Shown here: positions 1-13,022 of the stretch, piece by piece
Position numbering within the stretch: the first letter of the stretch is position 1
Layout of the letters: each line of letters opens with the position of its first letter
From: Eledone cirrhosa
Lineage: Eukaryota
NCBI GenBank assembly: GCA_964016885.1
Contig: OZ024745.1
Location: 13,020,001-13,084,000 of the forward strand
Reading direction: 5' to 3'
Length of the DNA stretch: 64,000 nucleotides
Translations under genes and position numbers: made by a program
Notes under the pieces: generated by a model
Seen by the model: the letters and a program-made list of their open reading frames with translations, nothing else
The model's database searches: none
What the model was told of the DNA's origin: nothing

Positions 1-3000
1 TACGCCCCTTGTGCCTCCATACACTTAGCCCAGTGATCCTTCTTCAAGTTACGCCCCTTGTGCCTCCATACACTTAGCCCAGTGATCCTTCTTCAAGTTA
101 CGCCCCTTGTGCCTCCATACACTTAGCCCAGTGATCCTTCATCAAGTTACGCCCCTTGTGCCTCCACATACACTTATTCCAGTGATCCTTCTTTAAGTTA
201 CGCCCCTTCTGCCTCCATACACTTAGCCCAGTGATTCTTCTTCAAGTTACGCCCCTTGTGCCTCCATACACTTAGCCCAGTGATCCTTCTTCAAGTTACG
301 CCCCTTGTGCCTCCATACACTTCGCCTAGTGATCCTTCATCAAGTTACGCCCCTTGTGCCTCCATACACTAAGCCCAATAATCCTTCTTCAAGTTACGCC
401 CCTTGTGCCTCCATACAATTAGCCCAGTGATCCTTCTTCAAGTTACGCCCCTTGTGCCTCCATACACTTAGCCCAATAATCCTTCTTCAAGTTACGCCCC
501 TTGTGCCTCCATACACTTAGCCCAATGATCCTTCATCAAGTTACGCCCCTTGTGCCTCCATACACTTAGCCCAATAATCCTTCTTCAAGTTACGCCCCTT
601 GTGCCTCCATACACTTAGCCCAGTGATCCTTTATCAAGTTACGCCCCTTGTGCCTCCATCCATTTAGCACAGTGATCCTTCATAAAGTTACGCCCATTGT
701 GCCTCCATACACTTAGCCCAGTGATCCTTCTTCAAGTTACGCCCCTTGTGCCTCCATACACTTAGCCCAGTGATCCTTCTTCAAGTTACGCGCCTTGTGC
801 CTCCATACACTTAGCCCAATAATCCTTCTTCAAGTTAGGCTCGTTGTGCCTTCATACACTTAGCCCAATAATCCTTTTTCAAGTTACGCCCCTTGTGCCT
901 CCATACATTTAGCCCAGTGATCCTGCTTCAAGTTACGCCCCTTGTGCCTCCATAGACTTAGCCCAGTGATCCTTCTTCAAGTTACGCCCCTTGTGCCTCC
1001 ATACACTTAGCCCAGTGATCCTTCTTCAAGTTACGCCCCTTGTGCTTTCATACACTTAGCCCAATAATCCTTCTTCAAGTTAGGCTCGTTGTGCCTTCAT
1101 ACACTTAGCCCAATAATCCTTTTTCAAGTTACGCCCCTTGTGCCTCCATACATTTAGCCCAGTGATCCTGCTTCAAGTTACGCCCCTTGTGCCTCCATAC
1201 ATTTAGCCCAGTGATCCTGCTTCAAGTTACGCCCCTTGTGCCTCCATACACTTAGCCCAGTGATCCTTCATCAAGTTACGCCCCTTGTGCCTCCATACAC
1301 TTAGCCCAGTGATCCTTCATCAAGTTACGCCCCTTGTGCCTCCATACACTTATCCCAGTGATCCTTCATCAAGTTACGCCCCTTGTGCCTCCATACACTG
1401 AGGCACAAAAGTCGTAACTTGAAGAAGGATCACTGGGCTAGGTGTATGGAGGCACAAGGGGCGTAACTTGAAGAAGGATCACTGGGCTAAGTGTATGGAG
1501 GCACAAGGGGCGTAACATGATGAAGGATCACTGGGCTAAGTGTATGGAGGCACAAGGGGCGTAACATGAAGAAAGATCACTGGGCCAAGTGTATGGAGGC
1601 ACATGGTGCGTAACTTGATGAAGGATCACTGGGCTAAGTGTATGGAGGCACAAGGGGCGTAACTTGATGAAGGATCACTGGGCTAAGTGTATGGGGGCAC
1701 AAGGGGCGTAACTTGAAGAAGGATCACTGGGATAAGTGTATGGAGGCACAAGGGGCGTAACTTGATGAAGGATCACTCGGCTAAGTGTATGGAAGCACAA
1801 GGGGCGTAACTTGAAGAAGGATCACTGGGCTAAGTGTATGGAGGCACAAGGTGCGTAACTTGAAGAAGAATTATTGGGCTAAGTGTATGGAGGCAAAAGG
1901 GGCGTAACTTGATAAAGGATCACTGGGCTAAGTGTATGGAGGCACAAGGTTCGTAACTTGAAGAAGAATTATTGGGCTAAGTGTATGGAGGCACAAAGGG
2001 CGTAACTTGAAGAAGGATTATTGGGCTAAGTGTATGGAAGCACAAGGGGCGTAACTTGAAGAAGGATCACTGGGATAAGTGTATGGAGGCACAAGGGGCG
2101 TAACTTGAAGAAGGATCACTGGGCTAAATGTATGGAGGCACAAGGGGCGTAACTTGATAAAGGGTTATTGGGCTAAGTGTATGGAGGCACACTGGGCGTA
2201 ACTTGATGAAGGATCACTGGGCTAAGTGTATGGAGGCACAAGGGGCGTAACTTGAAGAAGGATCACTGGGCTAATTGTATGGAGGCACAAGGGGCGTAAC
2301 TTGATAAAGGGTTATTGTACTAAGTGTATGGAGGCACAAGGGGCGTAACTTGATGAAGGATCACTGGGCTAAGTGTATGGAGGCACAAGGGGCGTAACTT
2401 GAAGAAGGATCACTGGGCTAAGTGTATGGACCCACAAGGGGCATAACTTGAAGGAGGATCACTCGGCTAAGTGTATGAGGCACAAGGGGCGTAACTTGAA
2501 GAAGGATCACTGGGCTAAGTGTATGGAGGCACAAGGGGCGTAACTTGATTAAGGGTAATTGGGCTAAGTGTATGGAGGCATTAAGGGCGTAACTTGATAA
2601 AGGGTTATTGGGCTAAGTGTATGGAGGCACAAGGAGCTTAACTTGAAAAGGATCACTGGGCTAAGTGTATGGAGGCACAAGGGGCGTAACTTGAAGAAGG
2701 ATCACTGGGCTATGTGCATGATGGCACAAGGGGCGTAACTTGAAGAAGGATCACTGGGCTAAGTGTATGGAGGCACACTGGGCGTAACTTGATGAAGGAT
2801 CACTGGGCTAAGTGTATGGACCCACAAGGGGCTTAACTTGAAGAAGGATCACTGGGCTAAGTGTATGGAGGCACAAGGGCCGTAACTTGAAGAAGGATCA
2901 CTGGGCTAAGTGTATGGAGCACAAGGGGCGTAACTTGAAGAAGGATCACTGGGCTAAGTGTATGGAGGCACAAGGGGCGTAACTTGAAGAAGGATTATTG

Positions 3001-4436
3001 GGCTAAGTGTATGGAGGTACAAGGGGCGTAACTTGAAGAAGGATCACTGGGCTAAATGTATGGAGGCACAAGGGGCGTAACTTGAAGAAGGATCACTGGG
3101 CTAAGTGTATGGAGGCACAAGGGGCGTAACTTGATAAAGGATTATTGTGCTGAGTGTATAGAGGCACAAGGGGCGTAACTTGATTAAGGATTATTGGGCT
3201 GAGTGTATGGAGCCAAACGGGGCGTAACTTGAAGAAGGATCACTGGGCTAAGTGTATGGAGGCACAAGGGGCGTAACTTGATTAAGGATTATTGGGCTAA
3301 GTGTATGGAGGCACAAGGGGCGTAACTTGAAGAAGGATCACTGGGCTAAGTGTATGGAGGCACAAGGGGCGTAACTTGAAGAAGGATTATTGGGCTAGGT
3401 GTATGGAGGCAAAAGGGGCGTAACTTGATGAAGGATCACTGGGCTAAGTGTATGGAGGCACAAGGGGTGTAACTTGATGAAGGATCACTATGCTAAGTGT
3501 ATGGAGGCACAAGGGGCGTAACTTGAAGAAGGATTATTGGGCTAAGTGTATGGAGGCACAAGGGGCGTAACCTGATGAAGTATCACTGGGCTAAGTGTAT
3601 GGAGGCACAAGGGGCGTAACTTGAAGAAGGATTATTGGGCTAAGCGTATGGAGGCACAAGGGGCGTAACTTGAAGAATGATTATTGGGCTAAGTGTATGG
3701 AGGCACAAGAGGCGTAACTTGAAGAAGGATCACTGGGCTAAGTGTATGGAGGCACAAGGGGCGTAACTTGATGAAGGATCACTGGGCTAAGTGTATGGAG
3801 GCACAAGGGGCGTAACTTGAAGAAGGATCACTGGGCTAAGTGTATGGAGGCACAAGGGGCGTAACTTGAAGAAGGATCACTGGGCAAAGTGTATGGAGGC
3901 ACAATGGGCGTAACTTGAAGAAGGATCACTGGGCTAAGTGTATGGAGGCACAAGGGGCGTAACTTGAAGAAGGATCACTGGGCTAAGTGTATGGAGGCAC
4001 AAGGGGCGTAACTTGAAGAAGGATCACTGGGCTAAGTGTATGGAGGCACAAGGGGCGTAACTTGAAGAAGGATCACTAGGCTAAGTGTATGGAGGCACAA
4101 GGGGCGTAACTTGAAGAAGGATCACTGGGCTAAGTGTATGGAGGCACAGGAGTCGTAACTTGAAGAAGGATCACTGGGCTAAGTGTATGGAGGCACAAGG
4201 GGCGTAACTTGAAGGAATACTGGGCTAAGTGTATGGAGGCACAAGGGGCGTAACTTGAAGAAGGATCACTGGGCTAAGTGTATGGAGGCACAAGGGGCGT
4301 AACTTGAAGAAGGATCACTGGGCTAAGTGTATGGAGGCACAAGGGGCGTAACTTGAAGAAGGATCACTGGGCTAAGTTTATGGAGGCACAAGGGCGTAAC
4401 TTGAAGAATGATTATTGGGCTAAGTGTATGGAGGCA
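1..4436. repeat. 49-bp tandem satellite with an orientation switch at ~1400
   Basis: Unit TACGCCCCTTGTGCCTCCATACACTTAGCCCAGTGATCCTTCTTCAAGT repeats with period 49 from 1 to 1399; its reverse complement repeats from 1400 to ~4436. Confidence 0.97.
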
Positions 4437-4704
4437 ATTACTCCGGGCCCCTGCAGTGGGGATCCCACCAGTGACACCCTTAGCAATTTATTTGTGACCT
4501 CAGCTGGAATTTTTAGTTTTAGAATGGTTAAAATGTTTTAATTTGCTATCTGTATATATAACTTTTTAATTCCAGTTACTTGAGGCAAGCTAACCTTGAT
4601 ATGTAAAATTTGAGGGGTTTGCTGTGTATTCTAGGTTTTTGTGTAAGAGAGCCCGAAAAACCTGAAGTGCCCCGGGGCCCCACCAAGGTCTAAATCCAAC
4701 CTCC
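4437..4704. mobile_element. Possible degenerate hAT-type MITE end adjoining the satellite
   Basis: Ends GGGCCCCACCAAGGTCTAAATCCAACC, resembling the GGGCCC...TAAATCCGCCACTG end of the hAT element at 37633-37659. Confidence 0.35.
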
Positions 4705-4794
4705 ATAGTAAATTTTCATAGAAACCTTTTATTAGTTATACTTTGATTAAGAAGAACTTCTAAGATGTAAACATTATGATATTCCTTTTCCTAG

Positions 4795-4896
4795 GTAACT
4801 TTTGAACATTGTCAAACATTTGTTGATGACTGGATTCTTGTTGAAGAAGAAACGATTACAAAAGCTATATTTTTTATGCTTTCACAACATCAAATG
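4795..4896 (+). CDS. Penultimate exon of a PLP-dependent threonine/serine dehydratase or serine racemase-family protein
   Basis: ttcctag| acceptor, |gtaag donor, 102 nt in phase 0, encoding VTFEHCQTFVDDWILVEEETITKAIFFMLSQHQM. Confidence 0.85.
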
Positions 4897-5182
4897 GTAA
4901 GGTTGTTTTTTATTTATTATTTTAGTATGGTTGAGACAACAAACTCATTATGTAGAAATTGGATGGGAGTCGTTGTCAACTGTTGATTATCTGATGGTAT
5001 GTGGGTGAGATAGAAGGAAGCTTTGTGATACAGAGGTAGTCACAGGGGTGGAGGATATTATGTAGTTGAGGTTAAAATGTAGGAGGAGAGCTCAGCAGAA
5101 GAATTCAAGATCCCAGCAGAATTTTAACTCAGAACATAGAAGGACCAAATTAGGCACTAAATCTGGTATTCTGACTTTAATA

Positions 5183-6010
5183 GTAATAATAATGAAATTA
5201 TTGTGTACAGTGCTCAGGTGCACTACAACTCATCAAAGGTGCATGTATGGTACATAGAATAATATACAGATGTCAGGAAAGTGAATAGTGTATGAGTCAT
5301 GATATACATGTGTGCGTGTGTATGGAGGGGGATATCAGGTGTAGTGTTGGTGAATCTCAGGTAGCATGGAGGTTTTAAAGGATGCAGTGTCTCGACAGCT
5401 AACAACTGATGCAGGTAGTTTGTTCCATGAAGGTTTTAAAGGATGCAGTGTCTCGACAGCTAACAACTGATGCAGGTAGTTTGTTCCATGGAGGTTTTAA
5501 AGGATGCAGTGTCTTGACAGCTAACAACTGATGCAGGTAGTTTGTTCCATGGAGGCTTTAAAGGATGCAGTGTCTTGACAGCTAACAACTGATGCAGGTA
5601 GTTTGTTCCATGCTTCAGCAACTCTAAGCATGAAAACATGTTTCAGAAAGTCATGGGAGCTGTGCTGTTTTCTGACTTTGTAGGCATGTCCACGTGTGTT
5701 AGACACATGGAAATCAAAAATGTGCTCAGGGTTGTTGTTGGCAAGATGGTTAATAATTTGGTGGGTGTCTACCAAGTCAGTTGCCAGACGTCGGAGCTTT
5801 AATGTGTCCATGCCCAGGGAAGCAAGGCATTCAGAGTATGGTAGATGCCTGATGGAGGGTATTCACTTGGTTGCACATCCCTGAACAGGTCAATGTTCTG
5901 AGCAAGATAGAGGTTCCAGAGTGGTGATGCAAATTCTAAGTGTGGCCACACCATAGCTATGTACAGCTTTAAGTAGATAGCTGGAGAGCGACTGACAAAG
6001 GTCTTTGCTG
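5183..6010 (-). mobile_element. 3' fragment of a CR1-type LINE (same family as 49930-54131), intronic, with a 61-bp unit repeated four times
   Basis: Peptides HLEFASPLWN and NTRGHAYKVRKQHS match ORF 52929-53843; (ATT)n tail; tandem unit at ~5365-5612. Confidence 0.9.
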
Positions 6011-6065
6011 CCAGACAGCAGACAGTCCAAGATATCATAAAATTTAATTACTTTTTCTCTTGCAG

Positions 6066-6209
6066 GTTATTGAAGGTTCTGCTGGAGTTTCTCTTGGAGC
6101 ATTTATTGCTAATGCGCCTCGCTTTGCTGGTCAGAAAAGTGTTATATTAGCTTGTGGTGCCAACATTTCAATGATGAAACTTAAGGATATCATCAATGCA
6201 GCAGTATAA
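6066..6209 (+). CDS. Last exon of the same dehydratase/racemase-family gene
   Basis: Polypyrimidine tract plus tgcag| acceptor; encodes VIEGSAGVSLGAFIANAPRFAGQKSVILACGANISMMKLKDIINAAV*; IEGSAG and CGANI match the fold-type II PLP enzyme C-terminus; AATAAA at ~6219. Confidence 0.88.
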   Translation, partial: VIEGSAGVSLGAFIANAPRFAGQKSVILACGANISMMKLKDIINAAV

Positions 6210-6379
6210 AGAATAGAAAATAAATATTTTGAAGTTAAGATATAATTCTTTCATTTATATATAAATACAGAAGACTTGCCTTCCCATGCATACAGATTGA
6301 AGCCTACATCTAGTATGTACCACTTAACCACTATCCTTCCCCTGCCATACACTACCCCACACTATAAAGTAGTTGCGTT

Positions 6380-6766
6380 GCTGTCATGGGAAGGTGGGTC
6401 TTCTGTATTACTGCATAACGCCAAAAATCTTGATCCTATTTTGTTGCTTTTAAGAGGTGCAATTGTGCAAGGTCAGCTTTTATCACCTCATCCCAGGTCT
6501 TCCTATTCCATAGTTTCCATCAACTTTGAGTACTCTACTCCTTTTTATACAGCTGTCATCCTTCCTACACATCATATGGTCATACCAACACAATCTCCTC
6601 TCATGCACACTGCATCTGATTCCTCTAATGCTAAATTTCTCTTTTAGTTCATTTATGCTTTACCATTCATGTATATTACTATTACACATTCATCAGAGCA
6701 AACAGGCTTCATTTCTTTCCAATCTTCACAGGACCTAGGTCTCACTACCATGCAATATTGCTGTTC
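6380..6766 (-). mobile_element. Degraded RTE LINE 3' fragment
   Basis: Reverse complement resembles the C-terminal LERNEAC / RLCWYDH region of the RTE copies at 60145-60543. Confidence 0.7.
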
Positions 6767-7188
6767 CTCTTTCAAATTTGACCTTTGGCGCCTAAAAATA
6801 TCTTGGTAACACAACTAAACACCATATATAGTCATTTGTATGTATGGACCTGTAACTCCTGATGAAGTGATAGGGGCACCCTAATGACATACAGCATTTC
6901 TTGGCCATTTAAAACCTGGTGAAGCTCATCTCTTCTCTCATAAGGCAAGCAATATGTGACAGAGGAATCAATGATAAAATGGAGTGTAGACTTATATTTG
7001 ACATCAATATTTTGCTGATTTTCACCAACTTCAACATCAAAAAGATACCAAAACACCCGAAGTGATTGCATTACAATGAAACACTGTTTTAATACATTTT
7101 TACAGAATATCTTTAGTACTTGCTGTCTTTACATTTTCATTTCTCTCAGCATGTGATTGGCTGAAAGTAAACAAATATTCAAGAAACT

Positions 7189-7602
7189 GGCACTACAACG
7201 CTATTAGCTGTCAGTCCAGTGGAAAACAGGCGAAGGTGACGTCACTCGTCAACATCGTTTATTTCCGTATTACTACCACGCGTAAGTGGAGTTTTCACGC
7301 GGTTTTTTGAGAGAGAGAGGGAAGAGGAGAGAGAGAGGGAAGACTTAAAAGGGCCAAATTAGAAAACAAATAGAAAAAACAAATAGAAAACAAGTCATGG
7401 TTATAAAGCATATCGATGTAAGTGGAGTTACTTAAATGAAAATATAGGTGGCCCTTAAAAGGGCCAAATTAGAAAACAAATTTAAGTTAATTAGAAAACA
7501 AGTCATGGTTATCAATGTAGAAAACAGGTCATTCATAAATTTAAGTTTTATAATCAAATTTTTTTTACCAACAAATATGACAGCTAATAGCGTTGTAGTG
7601 CC
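7189..7602. mobile_element. MITE with 25-bp terminal inverted repeats
   Basis: GGCACTACAACGCTATTAGCTGTCA at 7189-7213 and its exact reverse complement at 7578-7602; a partial inverted copy lies at ~40775-40983. Confidence 0.8.
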
Positions 7603-7637
7603 CGCAATTCTGTATCTTTACGTATATTGCGCATAGA

Positions 7638-7880
7638 TACGAGGGTTGACAAAGATACTCTCATGGAATGTGACCAAATGAGGTTTATTTTTCAACATAG
7701 TCTCCCTTGCGTTCCACACACTTCTTCCATCGGTGTTGCAGTACTGAGATCAATGTTTTCCTCGGTAGTGGCAGTTGTAGGACGTCCAGACATTGGGTCA
7801 TCTTCAAGAATCCCCTATCCTTTCCTAAATTCGGCTGCCCACTTTTGCACAAAGGAAAATTGTGGTACAATATTGTAAGG
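7638..7880 (-). mobile_element. Internally deleted Tc1/mariner transposon
   Basis: TACGAGGG end; minus strand encodes the mariner C-terminus LQHRWKKCVERKGDYVEK joined to an N-terminal VQKWAAEF...EDDPMSGRP segment. Confidence 0.8.
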
Positions 7881-8599
7881 TCTGCTTATAGCATTATCCA
7901 TCTTTCAAAAATGAAGGTCCACATTTCGTCGACTTCAATACACTTTATTACATTTTATTGTATTGTAAACATTAACTTTTATGGAAATTGTATTACAAAA
8001 TTTCAATTTAGTTCGATTTTTTGGAATTTATTTAACAAACATGGAAAAATAAGAAAAATAAGAAAAAGAATAAAATAATTTGATTGCCTTTAATAAAGAA
8101 GATAAATAGAGTGGAACTGATTTCCAAGTCATACTAATGAAACAAGGTTTTTTTCCATTACTGATATTATCTGTCTGCCGCAAGTCCTGGTAGAAGATGC
8201 TACATGAACTAAAGTATTTTACTGAAGGACGCAACATGCTGCAGGATCGAAGAAACGAGCCCATGACTTTATAATGGTTAGTCCAGTACCGTAACCCCTA
8301 AGGCATGTGCCTTCACAGAGGAAAGGTAAATCATATTATAACAGATTAGATGGGTACTATGTTAGATATTACTATGTGTCATATTATACCAAAGAGGAAG
8401 TGAGCTGTATAATAAACATTGATATCAGGTTGATTCAATAACTACCCGGTCCCAAATATGAACCCATGAACTAATGGTCGTCAGTCAAACACTTTAACCA
8501 TTGTATGTATGTATACACGTATGGATCGATGGATGTATGTATGTGTGTATACATGTATGTATGGATGTATGCATACATGTATATATGTAAGTATGTATG

Positions 8600-11070
8600 C
8601 GTGTATGAAAACAACTGGAAGGACTTCAGGAGCTCGGTCTATGAGGCTTCAGCAGAGGTCCTTGGCTTTGTCACAAGAAAACAAGGACTGGTTTGATGAG
8701 AATGACCAGGAGGTCAAGGCTCTGCTAGACAGAAAACAAAAGGCACTTGATGCAGTTCTTAAAGGTGGTAGCTCTGTTGGTGACAATTATGAGTGTTACA
8801 GACAGGTAAAGAAGGAAGTGCAGGTGAAACTCAGGGCTATGCAAAATACCTGGTGGAGCAACAAAGCAGATGAAGTTCAAGTGGCATCTGACGGCAACAA
8901 TGTGAAACTGCCGCACTTTCTACTCACAGAGGTGTATGGCCCTTTCAGCTCTCCAGTGGCCCCTTTGAGATCGAAAGATGGCAAGCAATTACTGCGTGAC
9001 CCAAAAGACACTCAACAGATAGAGAGATCACTTTGATGAGCTCTTAAACCAACCATCCCAGGTTGATGATGATTTCCTTTGTTCCATTCCTATTGAACCA
9101 GTGAAGCATATGAGATGGCTAATGTATCTTCTCTTGCAGAGGAGACTTCTGTTGTGCATAAGCTGAACTGTGGTAAGTCTCCTGGTATGGATGGTCTGAG
9201 TGGAGCGGTTTTGAAGTGTGGTGGTGAAAACTTCACGCAGCGCATGACTGACCTCATGAAAATGGTGTGGGAAGATAAGAATGTCCCACAAGAAGGATGC
9301 GCTCATGGTGATTCTCCATAAAGTAAAGGACGGCAAGGACAAATGTGGCAATTATCATGTCATATCCCTTCTTTCAGTAGTTGGTAAAGTTGTGTCGAAT
9401 ATTGATGGATAGATTGATCCCAAGAGTTGCTCTGAATGTGTTGCCTGAGTCGCAGTGTGGGTTCAGAAACGACAGAGGAACAGTGGATATGATCGTTTCT
9501 GCTCGGCAGCTGCAAGAAAAGTGTATCGAACAATGTATGGACCTCTACCAGGTCTTTGTTGACTTGACAAAGGCCTTTGACACTGTCAATCGAACTGCAT
9601 TGTGGGAAAAAATCCAAGGTAGGGTAGAAGATTCTGCATCTTTTCCATGATGACATGAAGGCTTTGGTCAGTATTGGTGGTAGCATCTCTGAACCAATAT
9701 CAGTTGAAAATGGAGTGAAGCAGGGGGACATTCCGGCTCCAACTCTGTTTCCCTTATATTTTACGATAGTGTTTCTCATGGCATTCAAATATTGTTCTCA
9801 TGGGGTTTACATCAGGTATCGCACTTCAGGAAGGTTGTTCAACACCAGGCGCTTTGGTACAAGCACAAAAGTATTAACATCTATAATCCGAGAGTTTTTG
9901 TATGCAGACGACTGCGATCTTTTTGCACACTCACAAAGTGACATGCAGCATATTATGAACTCTTTTTCTGCAGCCTGCAGCATTTTAGGCGTCACAATAA
10001 GCTTGGAAAAGACTGTTGTGATCTATCAGCCAGTACCTGGAAACGAGTACACTGCACCAAGTGTGTACGTGTACGGAAAGAGGCTAAACGTTGCTGACAA
10101 GTTTCTTTACCTTGGTAGTACGTTGAACACTTCATGCACACATGATAATGAAATATCCTTAAGAATCAAGAAAGCCAGTGATGCTTTTGGACGGCTGCAT
10201 CAACGTTTATGGTCCAGACGAGGTATCACTATCGAAACCAAGGTGAAAGTGTATCTGACTTGTGTCGTCTCCTCTTTACTTTATGTTTGTGAAACGTGGG
10301 TCACATACAGAAAGCACCTCAAGGATCTGGAGAGATTTCCCCAACAATCTCTTCATAAGTTACTTGGGGTGTGGTGGAAAATGTTCGCCAGTGACTTGGA
10401 AGTTCTAGAACGGAGCAGGTGCGTGACTATAGAGAGCATAATCTTTCGGTTGAGGTGGTACAGTCACGTGGTCCGGATGTCTGATGATCGTATTCCAAAA
10501 CAACTTCTCTATGGAGAACTGTGTGAAGGAAGGCGACCACCACATAAACCAAAATGGCGGTATCGGGACTGTATCAGGGGCACCTTGGCTTGTGCTGGAA
10601 TTTCATCTGACGAATGGGAGAAAATGGCTGACGAGCGTGTGAAGTTTGATCAAGTCAGGTGGTGAACACTTTGAAACTCGTCGGAGAGAACACCTAACAC
10701 TGAAAAGGAAGGTGAGGATTGAGACTGTTCTGAACTGCCTGCTGTTGAACATCATCTGGTTTGCCAGCACTGTGGTCGAGTCAGCCTGAGCAAAGCTGGT
10801 TTGATTAGACATGAATAAAGTCATATCAGTAGACCTCATGTAGATCATGATCTGAAAATGTACAAGCATAGGAGGTCTTAAAAGATACATGTGAACATAC
10901 AGCCAGAACAAAGCAATGGAAGGTTTCGGGGGAGCCTAAAGTTGCCATGTGTGTGCCAGAGGGTGCAAGTATTTGGCTGGTTTAAAGAGTCACATTTGTG
11001 CTTCACATTTTTGAACATTTTATCGGGCGATGGCAATACTTGAACACGAGTTTGCAGCCATCATATAGTA
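8600..11070 (+). mobile_element. 5'-truncated, frameshifted RTE (BovB-like) LINE
   Basis: ORF pieces carry GKSPGMDG, PESQCGFR, VFVDLTKAFDTV, GVKQG, LYADD, RLRWYSHVVRM and C-terminal Cys/His knuckles. Confidence 0.92.
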
Positions 11071-11654
11071 TGTATGTATGTATGTTGGGTCACTCTTGAG
11101 TGCTATTAGTAACATGTAACCCAGTACAACCTGTCGCGTGGTCGGGTCGTCGGCGACTAAACCGGCAACCCCACCAAGTTTACTTGGTGAGGAGGGTGAT
11201 TTTGGACACCCTGCAGGACAAAAAAACAAAACCTGACAAAGGGCGGAAGATCTCATAAGAGTCAACGGCCATCCAAAAGTGCGTAAATATGTATATACAC
11301 ATGTACATATGTATGTATATGTATGTGTGAATATACATGGGTGCATGTGTATGTACATACGCGGGGACATAGAAATAATTGGGCTGGACACCCGATTGCG
11401 CGGTTAAACCACTGGGTGTGAAGGACCCCTAGCCTTTGTCAGGGCATTCTTCTAGGTGAAGGCAACTCAGGAAACTGGGATAACTCCGATATAAAACCTG
11501 CGGCTCAGTAGTTACCGATGATGTTGATATTTTCTTCTTTTCGGGTTATAGCTACTGTCGCTCAGAGAGTGGGATTGGCTCAGTGCACAGTCTTTCCTCA
11601 TTTAAAAAAATATCTTCATGCACAGGCATTGCACGATAAAATTAATTAATAATA

Positions 11655-11790
11655 CGGCCCTTGCCATTCTGAGTTCAAATCCCGCCAAGGTTAACTTTGC
11701 CTTTCATCATTACGGGGTCGATAAAATAAAGTACCAGTAATGCACTGGGTAATTGCTGGCCTTGTGCCTAACGTAGAAACAATTATTAAT
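11655..11790 (+). mobile_element. tRNA-derived SINE, family A (core GCCTTTCATCC...GGGGTCGATAAA...AGTACCAG, AAT tail)
   Basis: B-box GAGTTCAAATCCC plus conserved core; other copies at ~13750-13885(+), 34975-35080(-), 37958-38013(-), 41173-41307(-), 41830-42012(+), 45775-45965(-), 45972-46035(-). Confidence 0.85.
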
Positions 11791-11999
11791 AATGGTATAT
11801 CGTGCAATGGGCAGCCATCATGTATGCATGCATGCGTGTATGTATGTGTGTGTTTGAGTGTATATATATATATGTGCATGTGGGTGTGTATATATATATC
11901 TCCATATACATATTTATTCAGCTGATATAGGCTGGATTGGTTGGAATATTCTGACGCGAATTCTTTCTGCTCTGTTAAATCGAAACAAATCTTGACTTT

Positions 12000-12645
12000 T
12001 TATTTGAGGTTTTCTATATAAGAGACCGGGAGAACATGTTGATACTATGAAGGCCATTTTTCCTAAGCCGCCTGGACTATTGCTCCCAGCTGTGGTCACC
12101 CCCATAGTATCAAACTAACCACGGAACTTGAGAAAATCCAACGAAGCTACACCAAGAGGATTGCACAATGAAGGAGATGAGCTACTAGGAGAGGCTAAAA
12201 GAACTGAAACTCTACTCCTTGGAACGAAGACGGGAGAGATACGCAGTGATATACATATGAAAAATCCTGGAGGGACTAGCGCCAAACTTTGGTATTGAGA
12301 GCGGGACCAACCCCCGAACAGGACGTCACTGTGTGGTGACAAAGGTCCCGTCTTCCACATCTAGAACAAGAAGCAGATATTGCAATAGACTGGGGTTCAA
12401 AGGCCCTCAACTCTTCAACAAACTGCCGAGGGATTTGAGAGATCTACATGGTGTGGCCGTGGATATTTTCAAGAAACTTCTTGACACCCTGTTATCCAGG
12501 ATCCCGGTACGAAGGTAACCTAAAGGCAGCAACAACGAACTCCCTCTTACATCAATGGCCAGCCAACACAGGCTGGAGATAGAATGTGTAGCAACAAGGG
12601 CAGTGCCCAATCATGGTCTCAGCCGGATGGCTGGAACAGCTACAA
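12000..12645 (+). mobile_element. 3' fragment of a second CR1-like LINE family
   Basis: RLDYCSQLWSP and ELEKIQRSYTKRI motifs; a near-identical inverted copy lies at ~15368-15663. Confidence 0.8.
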
Positions 12646-12675
12646 GAGTATATATATATATTTAATATAGAAATG

Positions 12676-12725
12676 GCTTCAACAGGACTAGAACTGTTTC
12701 ATACGGAGGAAATCATCAGAAAAGC
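12676..12725 (-). ncRNA. Degenerate type I hammerhead motif
   Basis: Minus strand gctttt-CTGATGA-tttcctccgtat-GAAA-cag..ctg-TT-gaagc; stem III is good, stems I and II are weak. Confidence 0.4.
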
Positions 12726-12988
12726 TGACTGTCAATGTAATATGGTGGTATTTTCTGGTGGTAGGGGAGGGTAGTAAATTGATGCTAAGTAGTCAAACAC
12801 ATACACACTGACAGGCACTCCTAATTTTCAAGATTCATTTATTCTAAAACAAAAGGTTTTCATTGAGTGGCAATATTAAAATGCTCTGCTAAAAGATATA
12901 AATGTGTGTGTATACATATATATATGTGTGTGTTTGTGTATATATATATATGTGTGTGTGTGTTTGTGTATATATATTTGTGTGTGTG

Positions 12989-13021
<33 letters not shown>

Positions 13022-13022
<1 letters not shown>

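Noticed and set aside
1-4436. CRISPR array or hammerhead repeat (TTGA[A/T]GA in the unit)
   Set aside because: No unique spacers or cas genes; no GAAA or stems to complete a hammerhead.
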